32,000 bases of DNA, taken from assembly GCF_000020225.1 (NCBI RefSeq), contig NC_010655.1, positions 330,001 through 362,000 on the forward strand. Reading direction: 5' to 3'. The position numbers were made by a program, and so were the translations under genes. Of the stretch, positions 1 to 8,506 are shown one piece after another (position 1 is the first letter of the stretch; every line of letters starts with the position of its first letter). The DNA is from Akkermansia muciniphila ATCC BAA-835 (GTDB lineage: Bacteria > Verrucomicrobiota > Verrucomicrobiia > Verrucomicrobiales > Akkermansiaceae). A model generated the notes under the pieces. That model ran no database searches and had not been told where the DNA came from. It saw only the letters and a program-made list of their open reading frames with translations.

Positions 1-59
1 TTCATATTATCTGTTGAAGAAATGTGTTAGCAGAAAAAACAGTCCGCTTCAAGCAAGTT

Positions 60-87
60 CAGCCGCTTTGCGAAGCAAAAGCGGCTG
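60..87 (-). terminator. Candidate RNA hairpin downstream of rpmF (possible terminator)
   Basis: Near-perfect inverted repeat cagccgctttgc / gcaaaagcggctg with one bulged A and a 3-nt loop. It lies about 65 nt past the rpmF stop. On the minus strand a T6 run follows only about 20 nt later, so this is not a textbook terminator. Confidence 0.3.
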
Positions 88-153
88 GAAAGTCTATATG
101 ATAGCGCCGCAATACGGCGATAATTTTCAAGGCAAATGCGGCGCCCGCGGAAC

Positions 154-345
154 TTACGCTTCCGCTTTCACCACAATTTCCTTGCCGGAACGGGTCGTGT
201 ACGTACCGCAATTGGGGCAAGCGGTATGGCCGGGGGTGCTGCTGCCGCAATTCTGGCACTTGCGGAGCTTCGGCGCGCGCCATGCCTGAGCGGCAAGGCG
301 GGTACGCTGCTTCATCTTGGACGTTCTGCGCTTAGGTGCTGCCAT
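154..345 (-). CDS. rpmF: 50S ribosomal protein L32 (bL32)
   Basis: 63 aa with N-terminus [14 protein letters not shown] and a CxxC...CxxC zinc ribbon (CQNCG...CPNCG). ATG start at 345. It sits directly downstream of a YceD/DUF177 gene, which is the conserved pairing. Confidence 0.95.
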
Positions 346-368
346 AATTTTAGTTGGTAAAAAGGTGA

Positions 369-860
369 TTAATGATGATCTCCCAGTTCATTGAGGGCGT
401 CCCACACGCCGCTATTCCTGATCGGGGCAGAACTGTTTACACCCGTTCCCCCCTCTTTGTCCACTCCAAAATACGGAGTTTTCGCCATACAGTCGTTTTC
501 CATGCCTCCGTCAGCACACTTCGGGTATGCCGGAAAATCCAGAACTATTTCTTCCCTCAAGGAATCTGAAACATCCACAACATTCTGTGAATCAATCTGG
601 AAAGAAGCCGCGAAATCACAAACTTCCACCACGTAGTCAAAGTAGCCCAGGCAACGCACACAGCGGAATTTAAAGGGGGCGGAAATATTGCCTCTTACAA
701 ACAATTCATTTTCAAATCTCTGCACATGCAGATCAAAAGCAAGAGGACCAATGGAAGTAACCTCTTCATCATCAATGCCGAAAATTTCAGAATCCAGTTC
801 GCCGCTGTATTTTTTCCCTGCCTCCGGCAAGTTCTCCAGTTCTACCAGCAATCTTTTCAT
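369..860 (-). CDS. yceD: YceD/DUF177 family protein (large-subunit rRNA accumulation protein)
   Basis: 163 aa with the DUF177-like core '[16 protein letters not shown]' and an acidic composition. Positioned immediately upstream of rpmF. Confidence 0.8.
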
Positions 861-971
861 GAGTATATCTTACAGGCATACTTAATGCCTGACAAGCAGG
901 CAGGGCGGCACCATTCATGGAAAATGACACATCCGTCCCTCTTTCAGGCAAATGCCCGAATTCGCTCCGGC

Positions 972-1316
972 CTAACCGGGAGGCCATTCCAGCTTGCGGC
1001 CTGCCAACAGATGCATGTGCAAATGGGGGACAGCTTCCCCGGCGTCATGCCCATTGTTGATGACCAGGCGAAAGCCACCTTCATCCAGATGAAGAGTCCG
1101 GGCAATCCGCCCGACTGCCAGCATCATGTGTCCCAGAAGGGCGGCATCTTCCTTCCCGGCCTCGGAAAGGCGGGGAATGGGCTTGCGCGGAACAAGCAGC
1201 AAATGTTCCGGTGCTTGTGGACTAATGTCCCGGAAGCAAACACACAGGTCATCCTGATATACGATGTCCGCGGGGATTTCCCCTGAACAGATTTTTTCAA
1301 ATAACGTAGCGGCCAT
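972..1316 (-). CDS. HIT-family (histidine triad) nucleotide-binding protein
   Basis: 114 aa with histidine triad 'HLHMHLL' near the C-terminus. The N-terminal 'IPADIVYQDD..CFRDI.PQAP.H.L..P' is typical of HinT-like proteins. Confidence 0.9.
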   Translation of the reverse strand: MAATLFEKICSGEIPADIVYQDDLCVCFRDISPQAPEHLLLVPRKPIPRLSEAGKEDAALLGHMMLAVGRIARTLHLDEGGFRLVINNGHDAGEAVPHLHMHLLAGRKLEWPPG

Positions 1317-1371
1317 AAAATCAAAAAGGAATCTGCAATGACTTTAACATGTTTTGCAAACCGTGGGCAAG

Positions 1372-2418
1372 TTATTCCCTGACGGCTGAAGCGCGTCGCA
1401 GGCGATCCATAATAGCGCGGCCCAGGCCGGATTCCGGAACGGATTCCGCCACAATGACGTCAATAGCTTCATTTTCATCCATCTGTCTCATCAGGGCAAA
1501 CAGGCGCACGGCAGCTTCTGCCAGCCGCCCGCTGCCGGGACTCATGGCTACCACTTCCGCCCAGTCCCCTTCCCGGGCAAGAGCGGACGTTCCTTCATAG
1601 GAAAGCAGGCCGTACTTCACCCCCTCCACCGGGGCAAAATTTTCCCCCGGTTCCAGCAACAGCATAGGTTTGCGCGGGGCGTAATGGCTGGTGAGCTGCC
1701 CCGGCGCATCCGCCGGAGATTCTTCCGAAACAGGACGGCAGGAAGGCTTGCGGCGCACCACCTTGACCAGGTTGCGAAATTGTTCCCGGGTCACCGGCCC
1801 CTCACGCAGCAATTCCAGAGAGGGCTTGCCCTTCTCGTCAAGCACAGGGCGCACAATCGTGCTTTCCAGCCCCTCGGAACAGGCTCCGGCATCCAGAATC
1901 ATTTCAATACTGCCCCCCAATTCCTTCTGTACGGCAGAGGCGGAAGTAGGGCTGATATGGCCGAAGCGGTTGGCGCTGGGCGCAGCTATAGGACGCCCCA
2001 GCGCTTTCGCCACCCCCCGCATGGCAGGATGAGCGCTTACGCGAACGGCCACCGTAGGAAGGCCGCTGGTTACAATATCCGGAATGATATCCGCCTTTGG
2101 CAACACCAAGGTCAGCGGCCCCGGCCAGAATCTGGAGGCAAGCGTATGCACCAGATCTTTCAGCCCCTCCGGAACGGCGGTATATTTTTCCACCTCACTC
2201 CCATGATGCACATGAATAATCAGCGGATCAAAAGAAGGCCTTCCCTTGGCTTCAAAAATCCTTGCTACCGCTTCCGGGTTCAAGGCATCCGCCCCCAGGC
2301 CGTATACAGTCTCCGTGGGAATCCCTACCAGCGCGCCCGCACCCAGAGCTTCCGCCGCACGGGCATACAGTTTGCGGTTGTCTGACAGGGGATCTACCTC
2401 GAACAATTCGGTTTGCAT
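1372..2418 (-). CDS. tsaC: L-threonylcarbamoyladenylate synthase, Sua5/TsaC type (YrdC domain plus Sua5 C-terminal domain)
   Basis: Motifs 'PTETVYGLGADA', 'KGRPSFDPLIIHV' and 'APSANRFGHISPTSA', with a roughly 120-aa C-terminal extension. The ORF-track start at 2490 is a TTG. The first ATG, at 2418 (MQTELFEV...), gives a normal N-terminus. Confidence 0.9.
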   Translation of the reverse strand: MQTELFEVDPLSDNRKLYARAAEALGAGALVGIPTETVYGLGADALNPEAVARIFEAKGRPSFDPLIIHVHHGSEVEKYTAVPEGLKDLVHTLASRFWPGPLTLVLPKADIIPDIVTSGLPTVAVRVSAHPAMRGVAKALGRPIAAPSANRFGHISPTSASAVQKELGGSIEMILDAGACSEGLESTIVRPVLDEKGKPSLELLREGPVTREQFRNLVKVVRRKPSCRPVSEESPADAPGQLTSHYAPRKPMLLLEPGENFAPVEGVKYGLLSYEGTSALAREGDWAEVVAMSPGSGRLAEAAVRLFALMRQMDENEAIDVIVAESVPESGLGRAIMDRLRRASAVRE

Positions 2419-2655
2419 GGCTTTATCCTTGCCTGAAGAAGCTCCTGCGTCAAGCAAGACCTCCTTCCCCTGAAAGGAGAAAACAGACAAATGAATAAGA
2501 GCACGTCCTGCGGCCTCATACTTCCCCTCTCTTTTTCCAACTGCCTTTACTTCACTCCACCCTTACGGACTTCCCCGAGTGAAAGCTGGCGCAGGAAAAG
2601 GCCATTCCGCTAAAAAGTTGTTTTCTCACGCTACCGGATTGAGTACAATCAAGCC

Positions 2656-3210
2656 ATGAATAGGGCCGCATCAACATCCTTGCCAAACATCATCCTGATC
2701 GGGCTGATGGGATGCGGCAAAACTACCATCGGAAAGGAACTGCACCGGGAAACGAACCTTGGTTTTACGGATACGGACCAGTTAATCGAACGCCAGACGG
2801 GAATGCACATTCCGCAGATTTTCAAAATTCATGGGGAATCACATTTTCGAGACCTGGAAACCGGAATCCTGCAACAGCTTCAGACGGCCGCCGCACAAAG
2901 CCGCATTATTTCCACAGGAGGAGGCATCATTATCAGACCGGAAAACCGGCTGCTACTGAAAAAACTGGGCTTCGTCGTCTGGCTCCATACAGACGTAAAC
3001 ATCCTGTACCAGCGTATTTCCAGATGCACCAACCGCCCCCTGCTCCAACAACCCAATCCCAAGGCCGTGCTGGAACATCTCATGAATGAACGGCATGATT
3101 TTTACCAGGAAACGGCGCACTTGACCATTGATACGGCCAATCTCCACATCCATGAAATCGCATTCGGCATTCTGGAATCCGCCAGAGTATTCCGGTCCCG
3201 ACGGCAATAA
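2656..3210 (+). CDS. aroK: Shikimate kinase
   Basis: 184 aa with Walker A 'GLMGCGKTTIGKEL', 'DTDQLIE' and 'ISTGGGII'. The size is typical for AroK. Confidence 0.92.
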   Translation: MNRAASTSLPNIILIGLMGCGKTTIGKELHRETNLGFTDTDQLIERQTGMHIPQIFKIHGESHFRDLETGILQQLQTAAAQSRIISTGGGIIIRPENRLLLKKLGFVVWLHTDVNILYQRISRCTNRPLLQQPNPKAVLEHLMNERHDFYQETAHLTIDTANLHIHEIAFGILESARVFRSRRQ

Positions 3211-3374
3211 TGCCGACCCGTTTTTCCGTGAGCGGGAAATTTTCTCTTTCTGATTCATCCTAACGCAAGCGCTTCCGGGGAAGCCCTTTTTCCCGCTCCA
3301 CGCACAAGAAACAACAAAAGGCGATCCCCATTAAAGGAACGCCTTCAGGAAAATAATAATGCACCGGAAAAGGC

Positions 3375-3617
3375 TTAAGCCTTACGGGCCTTACGGATCA
3401 TTGAATTCACCGTTTCAGAGGGCTGTGCTCCGTTGGCAAGCCATTTGTCAACCTTTTCCAGATTGATGGTATAGTTGACGCCTTCCTTCATGGGGTCATA
3501 GGAGCCCACTTGCTCAATGTAACGGCCGTCACGACGCGCGCGGCTGTCGACAACGACGATTTTGTAGTAAGGACGGTCCTTGGAACCCTGACGGTTGAGT
3601 CTGATTGCTACTGCCAT
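3375..3617 (-). CDS. rpsP: 30S ribosomal protein S16 (bS16)
   Basis: 80 aa beginning '[42 protein letters not shown]', the canonical S16 N-terminus. Confidence 0.95.
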
Positions 3618-3782
3618 ATCAATTATAAATAAAAGGTGTTAATGGAAAACTTGCGCGCCTTGCCACTCACATGCGTGCGCGTTCGGCTTTCCACAGCGGG
3701 TGCAGATGTATGCGATATAATGGAGTCATTGTCAATACCAGAGTTATTTTTACAGGAAAAAAGCCTCTCCTCCATTTCTGCA

Positions 3783-4409
3783 TCAGGAAAAATTTTCCAC
3801 CGCCATGCGGCCAAAAGAATACAGCATGCTGAATCCGAACCCCGCCAGCACAAGGGACAATATTCCATCCAGTATTCCGGCATACCGTCCGTAAAAGGAA
3901 CGAATGGGCTGCCACCGGAAAACAAGAGCCCACAAAATCCAGCCCGCCGTTCCCGTCGCCACGATTAAAAAACAGATAAAAAGAGCATCGGAAGGATCAT
4001 GATTTTTTTCCAACAGCGGAGCGGAAAGAGCCACAAAGAAAAACGTGGCCTTGGGATTCATCAGGTTAGTCACCAGAGCATCACGGTAAATACAGGAAGC
4101 CGGGGAAATATCCCCGCACCCGGCAAGGAAAGCATTCCTCCCCCTCGGCCATATTTTCTATGCCAAATACAGCATCCAGCAGGAAGCGACGCAAAACAGC
4201 CCCACCCCCAGGAAACTGTGAAAAACGGATGCTCCTACTGTACAAGCCAGTGCAGCATGGGCAACTATTCCGGTACCAATGCCCAAAGCAGCCATCACTC
4301 CCGCGCCAAAGCCGTAAGCCAGCGTGCTCCGGGTAACAAAAGCCTGGTCGGGCCCCGGAGATGCCTGGGAAAGAAGCAGAATACCTGCGAACATAAGTTC
4401 TTCCTTCAT
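3783..4409 (-). pseudogene. LysE/RhtB-family amino-acid exporter interrupted by a single in-frame TAG
   Basis: The N-terminal ORF (4158..4409; 'LLLSQASPGPDQAFV') and the C-terminal ORF (3783..4073; 'TNLMNPKATFFFVALSAPLL') are in the same reading frame. My manual translation of 4074..4157 is open. The only interruption is TAG at 4158..4160 (plus strand cta). The combined length of about 208 codons matches LysE-family proteins. Confidence 0.75.
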
Positions 4410-4424
4410 GAAACAAAAAAACCC

Positions 4425-5327
4425 TTATGCCCTGGGATGCGCCTGTCTGTAAACTTCCGCCATTCTGGCACGCGTCACATGCGTGTAAATCTGGGTAGTG
4501 GATAAGGAAGCATGGCCCAGCAGTTCCTGGACGGAACGGAGATCCGCCCCTGCCTCCAGAATGTGCGTGGCGAATGTATGCCTGATCTTATGGGGAGAAA
4601 TGGTAAAAGGAATGGAAGACAGCTTCACATATTTGTTCAGCATCATCTGCACGGAGCGAGCGCTTAACCGGGTTCCTATACGGGAGACAAACAAGGGGGA
4701 ATTCTTCGGCAGACAGGCCATGGAAACATAAGTTTCCAGAGCAGCCAGAGCAGGAGTTCCCACAGGCAGGATGCGCTCCTTGCGCCCCTTCCCCATTACC
4801 TTCACGCCCCGGAAACGGTGGTCCACACTGCCGACATCCAGCCCTACTAATTCACTCAGGCGCATCCCGCAGGAATAAAAAAGTTCCAATATGGCGGCAT
4901 CACGGTAGGGAAGCCATGCGGGAGCATTGGCGGGAACGGCCGTCTTGTAGGGAAGCTCCAACAATTCCAACATCTGGTTGAGTGTCAGGAAAACGGGAAG
5001 CGTTTTTTTCCTTCTGGGAAGGGAAACGCCCGTCATCGGATTCGTCTCCAGCCCGTGCCTCCGCATCATGAAACGGTAAAAACTGCGCAAGGCGGCAAAC
5101 CTCAGCCGGATGGAAGACGTGGCGGCTTCATCCTTCAGCTCCTGGAAAAGCCAGTCCCTCATCTGGTCCGGCGTACAATTCTCCCACCCTGGGAATGAAT
5201 CAGCCGCCCAGGCCCTGAACTGGCGCAAGGCGCGGGCGTACACCTCCACCGTATGAGGAGAAGCCTGCTTTTCCACCTCCAGATATTGAAGAAAGTCCTG
5301 TTCCGGTTCCAGAGGAATCCTCATCAT
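4425..5327 (-). CDS. xerC: Tyrosine site-specific recombinase XerC/XerD family
   Basis: SAM-like N-terminal domain 'FLQYLEVEKQASPHTVEVYARAL'. Catalytic signature 'GMRLSEL', 'HKIRHTFATH' and 'LLGHASLSTTQIYTHV'. The ORF extends to an ATG at 5372 but would then overlap the upstream gene. The MMRIPLEP start at 5327/5324 gives the usual spacing before the FLxYL motif. Confidence 0.88.
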   Translation of the reverse strand: MMRIPLEPEQDFLQYLEVEKQASPHTVEVYARALRQFRAWAADSFPGWENCTPDQMRDWLFQELKDEAATSSIRLRFAALRSFYRFMMRRHGLETNPMTGVSLPRRKKTLPVFLTLNQMLELLELPYKTAVPANAPAWLPYRDAAILELFYSCGMRLSELVGLDVGSVDHRFRGVKVMGKGRKERILPVGTPALAALETYVSMACLPKNSPLFVSRIGTRLSARSVQMMLNKYVKLSSIPFTISPHKIRHTFATHILEAGADLRSVQELLGHASLSTTQIYTHVTRARMAEVYRQAHPRA

Positions 5328-5337
5328 GAAGAATAAA

Positions 5338-6204
5338 TTACTCCGTACCTTTATCCTTGTCATCCCCGGCATCCACCGGCGACTCCTTCAGCAGCACTTC
5401 ACTAATATTGGCCCGGATGAACAAATCAATATCGTCCGGTTCTTCCATGGCATACAAAGGGCTGTCTTTATGGCTGTCCGCCAGAGCCTGCTCTCTCTCC
5501 ACCGGGCTGAGCACACCGTCCTGGTCCAAATCGTAAAGCTCCATCATTTCCTTCATTTTGGCCTGGTACAGAGCCGCGGCATCTTTCATGACAACGGCAT
5601 GTTCCTCCGGATCAATGCGGCCGTTCCCGTTGGCATCATAATTCTGCAGCAACATGTTACGAGTCAGCAGAAACAATCCGGGAGCAACCATGAAGCGCTT
5701 CCGTCCCACCGTGCGAATTTCCACCATGGGCATTTCCACCCCCTCTGCCGGAGGGGGGAGCGGAGGAATTTCCTTCCTCTCGGCGGGAGGGTAAAACGGA
5801 ATTCCGTCTCTCTTGTCCGGCCCGGCATCCGGCCTGCGCACCCCGCGCCGCTTCTCTACATGTTCCCGGAAAGCCCTGCACTCTTCCGGGGAAAGCCTTC
5901 CGTCCCCATCCTTATCAAACTTCCTCAGGAAGGCTTTTCTGGCCTCCCTCCGCGCAGAGCGGGCATCCTCCACCAACCGGGCCTTGTCCTGTTCGGACAA
6001 AATTCCCGTACTCGTGCTGTCATAGCGGTCCAAAACCATTTGGCGGATGAGCAAAGTCACCTGAAGGCATTCCAGTCCGGGCCTGGGGACAGTTTCCATT
6101 TTCCCGCGGTCACCGGAAGCCACGGATTGCCCTGCCGCAAACGGGAACAGACCGAACGCCAGCGCTGCGGAACATGACAAGATAAACATGTGGAGCAATC
6201 TCAT
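5338..6204 (-). CDS. Secreted EF-hand calcium-binding domain protein
   Basis: Signal-peptide-like N-terminus 'MRLLHMFILSCSAALAFGLFPFAAG'. Three canonical 12-residue EF loops: 'DKDGDGRLSPEE', 'DANGNGRIDPEE' and 'DLDQDGVLSPVE'. The ORF-track start at 6210 is GTG and the ATG is at 6204. Confidence 0.75.
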   Translation of the reverse strand: MRLLHMFILSCSAALAFGLFPFAAGQSVASGDRGKMETVPRPGLECLQVTLLIRQMVLDRYDSTSTGILSEQDKARLVEDARSARREARKAFLRKFDKDGDGRLSPEECRAFREHVEKRRGVRRPDAGPDKRDGIPFYPPAERKEIPPLPPPAEGVEMPMVEIRTVGRKRFMVAPGLFLLTRNMLLQNYDANGNGRIDPEEHAVVMKDAAALYQAKMKEMMELYDLDQDGVLSPVEREQALADSHKDSPLYAMEEPDDIDLFIRANISEVLLKESPVDAGDDKDKGTE

Positions 6205-6241
6205 AACCACTTTTACTAACCCCGCCGGAAAAAGACGGTTT

Positions 6242-6286
6242 CAAAAATAAACATCCGCCCCTGCCGGCGGGCGACACGGGCGGATG
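6242..6286 (-). terminator. Rho-independent terminator after yajC
   Basis: Minus strand reads CATCCGCCC-(17 nt)-GGGCGGATG followed by TTTATTTTTG. It lies about 28 nt downstream of the yajC stop. Confidence 0.55.
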
Positions 6287-6313
6287 CAGGAAACGTACGG
6301 AAAGCGGAAAAAC

Positions 6314-6646
6314 TTACTTCTCCACTTGAACGATCGCGTTCTTTTCCAATTCAATCACCACGCCTTCCGCAATCTTGAGAGAAACGGTGCGCTCATTCAC
6401 CTTCTCCACAAAACCGTGCAGCCCTGCGTTTGTAATCACCTTGTCCCCGCGCTGCAGGGCTGCGATGCGCGCCTGCTGCTCCTTCTGCGCCTTCCTCTGG
6501 GGACGGATCAGCATCACCCAGAACAGGACGATGATAATCACAAACATGAACATGGGGCTGGCGAGAATCTGCTGAAACATATTTGCGGGTTCCTGCCCGG
6601 CGGCGCCCGCCGCATCCTGAGCCTGTGCTAACATAAAGATATTCAT
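6314..6646 (-). CDS. yajC: Preprotein translocase subunit YajC
   Basis: 110 aa with a single TM 'MFMFVIIIVLFWVMLIRPQRK' followed by 'GDKVITNAGLHGFV..V......V.L'. Its ATG overlaps the tgt stop (ATGA at 6643..6646). tgt-yajC is a conserved pairing. Confidence 0.92.
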   Translation of the reverse strand: MNIFMLAQAQDAAGAAGQEPANMFQQILASPMFMFVIIIVLFWVMLIRPQRKAQKEQQARIAALQRGDKVITNAGLHGFVEKVNERTVSLKIAEGVVIELEKNAIVQVEK

Positions 6647-7776
6647 AAAATGTCGTTTGCTTTATACCGCGCGATAAACGAATCCTTGAAGGGACCGAAC
6701 GTGCCGGCGGCTATGGCCTCGCGCGCCTGGGCCATCAGCCGGAGATAGAATTCCAGATTCTGAAAAGAAAGCAATCTTAAAGCGAGTATTTCACCGGCTT
6801 TAAACAAATGCCGCACGTAAGCGCGGGAAAATTGCGTGACATGCGGATGTCCCTCCGGGTCAATTGGGCGGGAATCCGTCGCCCAGCGCTGATTCTTGAT
6901 ATGCATGGGGCCGTCCGGAGTCAGCGCCACGCCGTGGCGAGCCAGGCGGGTAGGCATTACGCAGTCAAACATATCCACGCCGCGGGCAACCATTTCCAGC
7001 AATTGGGGGGGGGTGCCCAGCCCCATGGCGTACCGGGGCTTCTCCTCCGGCAGCCAGGGAGCGGAATGATCAATGGCGCGGAGCATTTCATCCTCCGGCT
7101 CTCCCACGGAAACGCCGCCGATGGCGTACCCGTCAAAATCCATGGCGGCCAGTTCTTCCGCGCACTTCTTTCTTAAATCCGCATACACGGAACCCTGCAC
7201 AATACCGAAATGGTGCTGACGCCCTTCCCCGGAACGGGGGCGATGTTCCTGCACCCACGCCTTGCAGCGGCGGGCCCAACGAAGCGTGTACCCCAGGGAG
7301 GCTTCCGCGTACTTCCTGTCGCAGGGATAAGGGGGGCACTCGTCAAATAGCATGGCGATATCACTGCCCAGGTCCGCCTGGATCTCCATGGACCGCTCCG
7401 GGCTCAGCATCATGTACGCCCCGTCCAAATGGTTCTGGAAACGCACCCCTTCTTCCGTAATTTTACGGAGCTTGGCAAGAGACCAGACCTGGAACCCGCC
7501 GGAATCCGTCAAAATAGGGCGGTTCCAGGAGGAAAATTTGTGTAATCCGCCCATTTGCCTAATTAAAGCGGAACCGGGGCGCAGGGACAAATGATAGGTA
7601 TTTCCCAGAATAATCTCAGCTCCCAGCATCTCCAAATCCTGCGGATGCATGGTTTTCACGGAACCCTGCGTTCCCACCGGCATGAAAATGGGGGTGGGAA
7701 CCCGTCCATGCGGCAACTCAAGCGACCCCAGGCGCGCAGCCGTGGAGGAATCTTTCTGATGAAGTATAAAAGGCAT
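6643..7776 (-). CDS. tgt: tRNA-guanine transglycosylase (queuine tRNA-ribosyltransferase), atypical: no zinc ligands
   Basis: 'FMPVGTQGSVK', 'LTDSGGFQV', 'LFDECPPYP', 'GGVSVGEP' and 'FSRAYVRHL'. A start at ATG 7776 (MPFILHQ...) leaves 30 aa before FMPVGT, matching my recollection of the E. coli Tgt N-terminus, and avoids a 61-nt overlap with trmB. The alternative ATG is at 7842. Confidence 0.93.
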   Translation of the reverse strand: MPFILHQKDSSTAARLGSLELPHGRVPTPIFMPVGTQGSVKTMHPQDLEMLGAEIILGNTYHLSLRPGSALIRQMGGLHKFSSWNRPILTDSGGFQVWSLAKLRKITEEGVRFQNHLDGAYMMLSPERSMEIQADLGSDIAMLFDECPPYPCDRKYAEASLGYTLRWARRCKAWVQEHRPRSGEGRQHHFGIVQGSVYADLRKKCAEELAAMDFDGYAIGGVSVGEPEDEMLRAIDHSAPWLPEEKPRYAMGLGTPPQLLEMVARGVDMFDCVMPTRLARHGVALTPDGPMHIKNQRWATDSRPIDPEGHPHVTQFSRAYVRHLFKAGEILALRLLSFQNLEFYLRLMAQAREAIAAGTFGPFKDSFIARYKANDIL

Positions 7777-7781
7777 CGGAA

Positions 7782-8378
7782 TCAGACTTTCTGCAATTTG
7801 ATAAAGCGGGCGCGGTAAATCGGCTTTCTCATGGCCTCCCATTGAAGCTGGAAATCCGTACGGGGATAAAAAAATTCGTCCTCATCCCAACTGGCACGGC
7901 TAAACAGACCGCTGCGCGCCACATGGTCCAGCACCCACAGAAAATATCCTTCATGATCCGTCTTGAACAGGAACTCCCCGCCATCGGACAGGGAACGGTG
8001 AAGCACGGGAAGAAAATCCTCCTGCACCAGCCGGTTCTTATGATGCCTCTCCTTGGGCCAAGGATCCGGACATAAATAATGCAGCCGGGAAATGCAGCCG
8101 GGCTGCATCATCCATTCCAGAAAGTAACGGCTTTCCACGCGAAACACCTTCACGTTATCCAACCCGCGGACGGCCGCCCGGGAACAAACCCCCCGTACGC
8201 GGCCCAAAAGCCGTTCTATTCCCAGAAAACGGCGCTCCGGATAATGGGCCGCCATCTGAAGCAGGAATCCTCCATCCCCACACCCCAAATCAACCTCAAA
8301 CGGACCATCCGCGCCAAAAATATCAGAAGGCGCCAGCACCTTGAAAAAATCGTCTGGAATAAAGGCCGGATTTATCAT
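7782..8378 (-). CDS. trmB: tRNA (guanine46-N7)-methyltransferase
   Basis: SAM motif 'VDLGCGDGGFLL' and 'CPDPWPKERHHKNRL'. The ORF-track start at 8519 is TTG. The first ATG, at 8378 (MINPAF...), avoids overlap with the upstream gene. Confidence 0.88.
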   Translation of the reverse strand: MINPAFIPDDFFKVLAPSDIFGADGPFEVDLGCGDGGFLLQMAAHYPERRFLGIERLLGRVRGVCSRAAVRGLDNVKVFRVESRYFLEWMMQPGCISRLHYLCPDPWPKERHHKNRLVQEDFLPVLHRSLSDGGEFLFKTDHEGYFLWVLDHVARSGLFSRASWDEDEFFYPRTDFQLQWEAMRKPIYRARFIKLQKV

Positions 8379-8506
8379 GGGAATCAACGTGCGGATAAGA
8401 TGCGTTACAAAACGGACTCTGTCAAACGAGAAGACCCTCTCCCCGCAAGCATGGCGGGAAGAGGCCCGGAAAAACGGAAAAAATAAGCCAGAACGGCCCG
8501 GAACCG

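Noticed and set aside
726-1286. 186-aa plus-strand ORF overlapping yceD and the HIT gene; also the 1684..2385 plus-strand ORF antisense to Sua5
   Set aside because: The opposite-strand genes carry clear family motifs (histidine triad, YrdC/Sua5), whereas these ORFs have none.
3271-3297. Possible aroK terminator (gcttc-cggg-gaagc followed by ccttttt)
   Set aside because: The stem is only 5 bp, which is too weak to report as a feature.
3623-3968. ORFs of 88 to 110 aa on both strands between rpsP and the LysE remnant
   Set aside because: They overlap the LysE C-terminal reading frame or the rpsP upstream region and lack any motif. A TTGACA at 3730..3735 (minus strand) could be an rpsP -35 element, but the best -10 at 17-nt spacing (CATACA) is too weak to call.
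4425-5372. The tyrosine recombinase as a marker of an integrated mobile element or prophage
   Set aside because: The N-terminal 'FLxYL...S..T...Y' region and the overall length match chromosomal XerC/XerD. The flanking genes are housekeeping or transport genes. I saw no att-like direct repeats, tRNA gene, phage gene or transposase gene.
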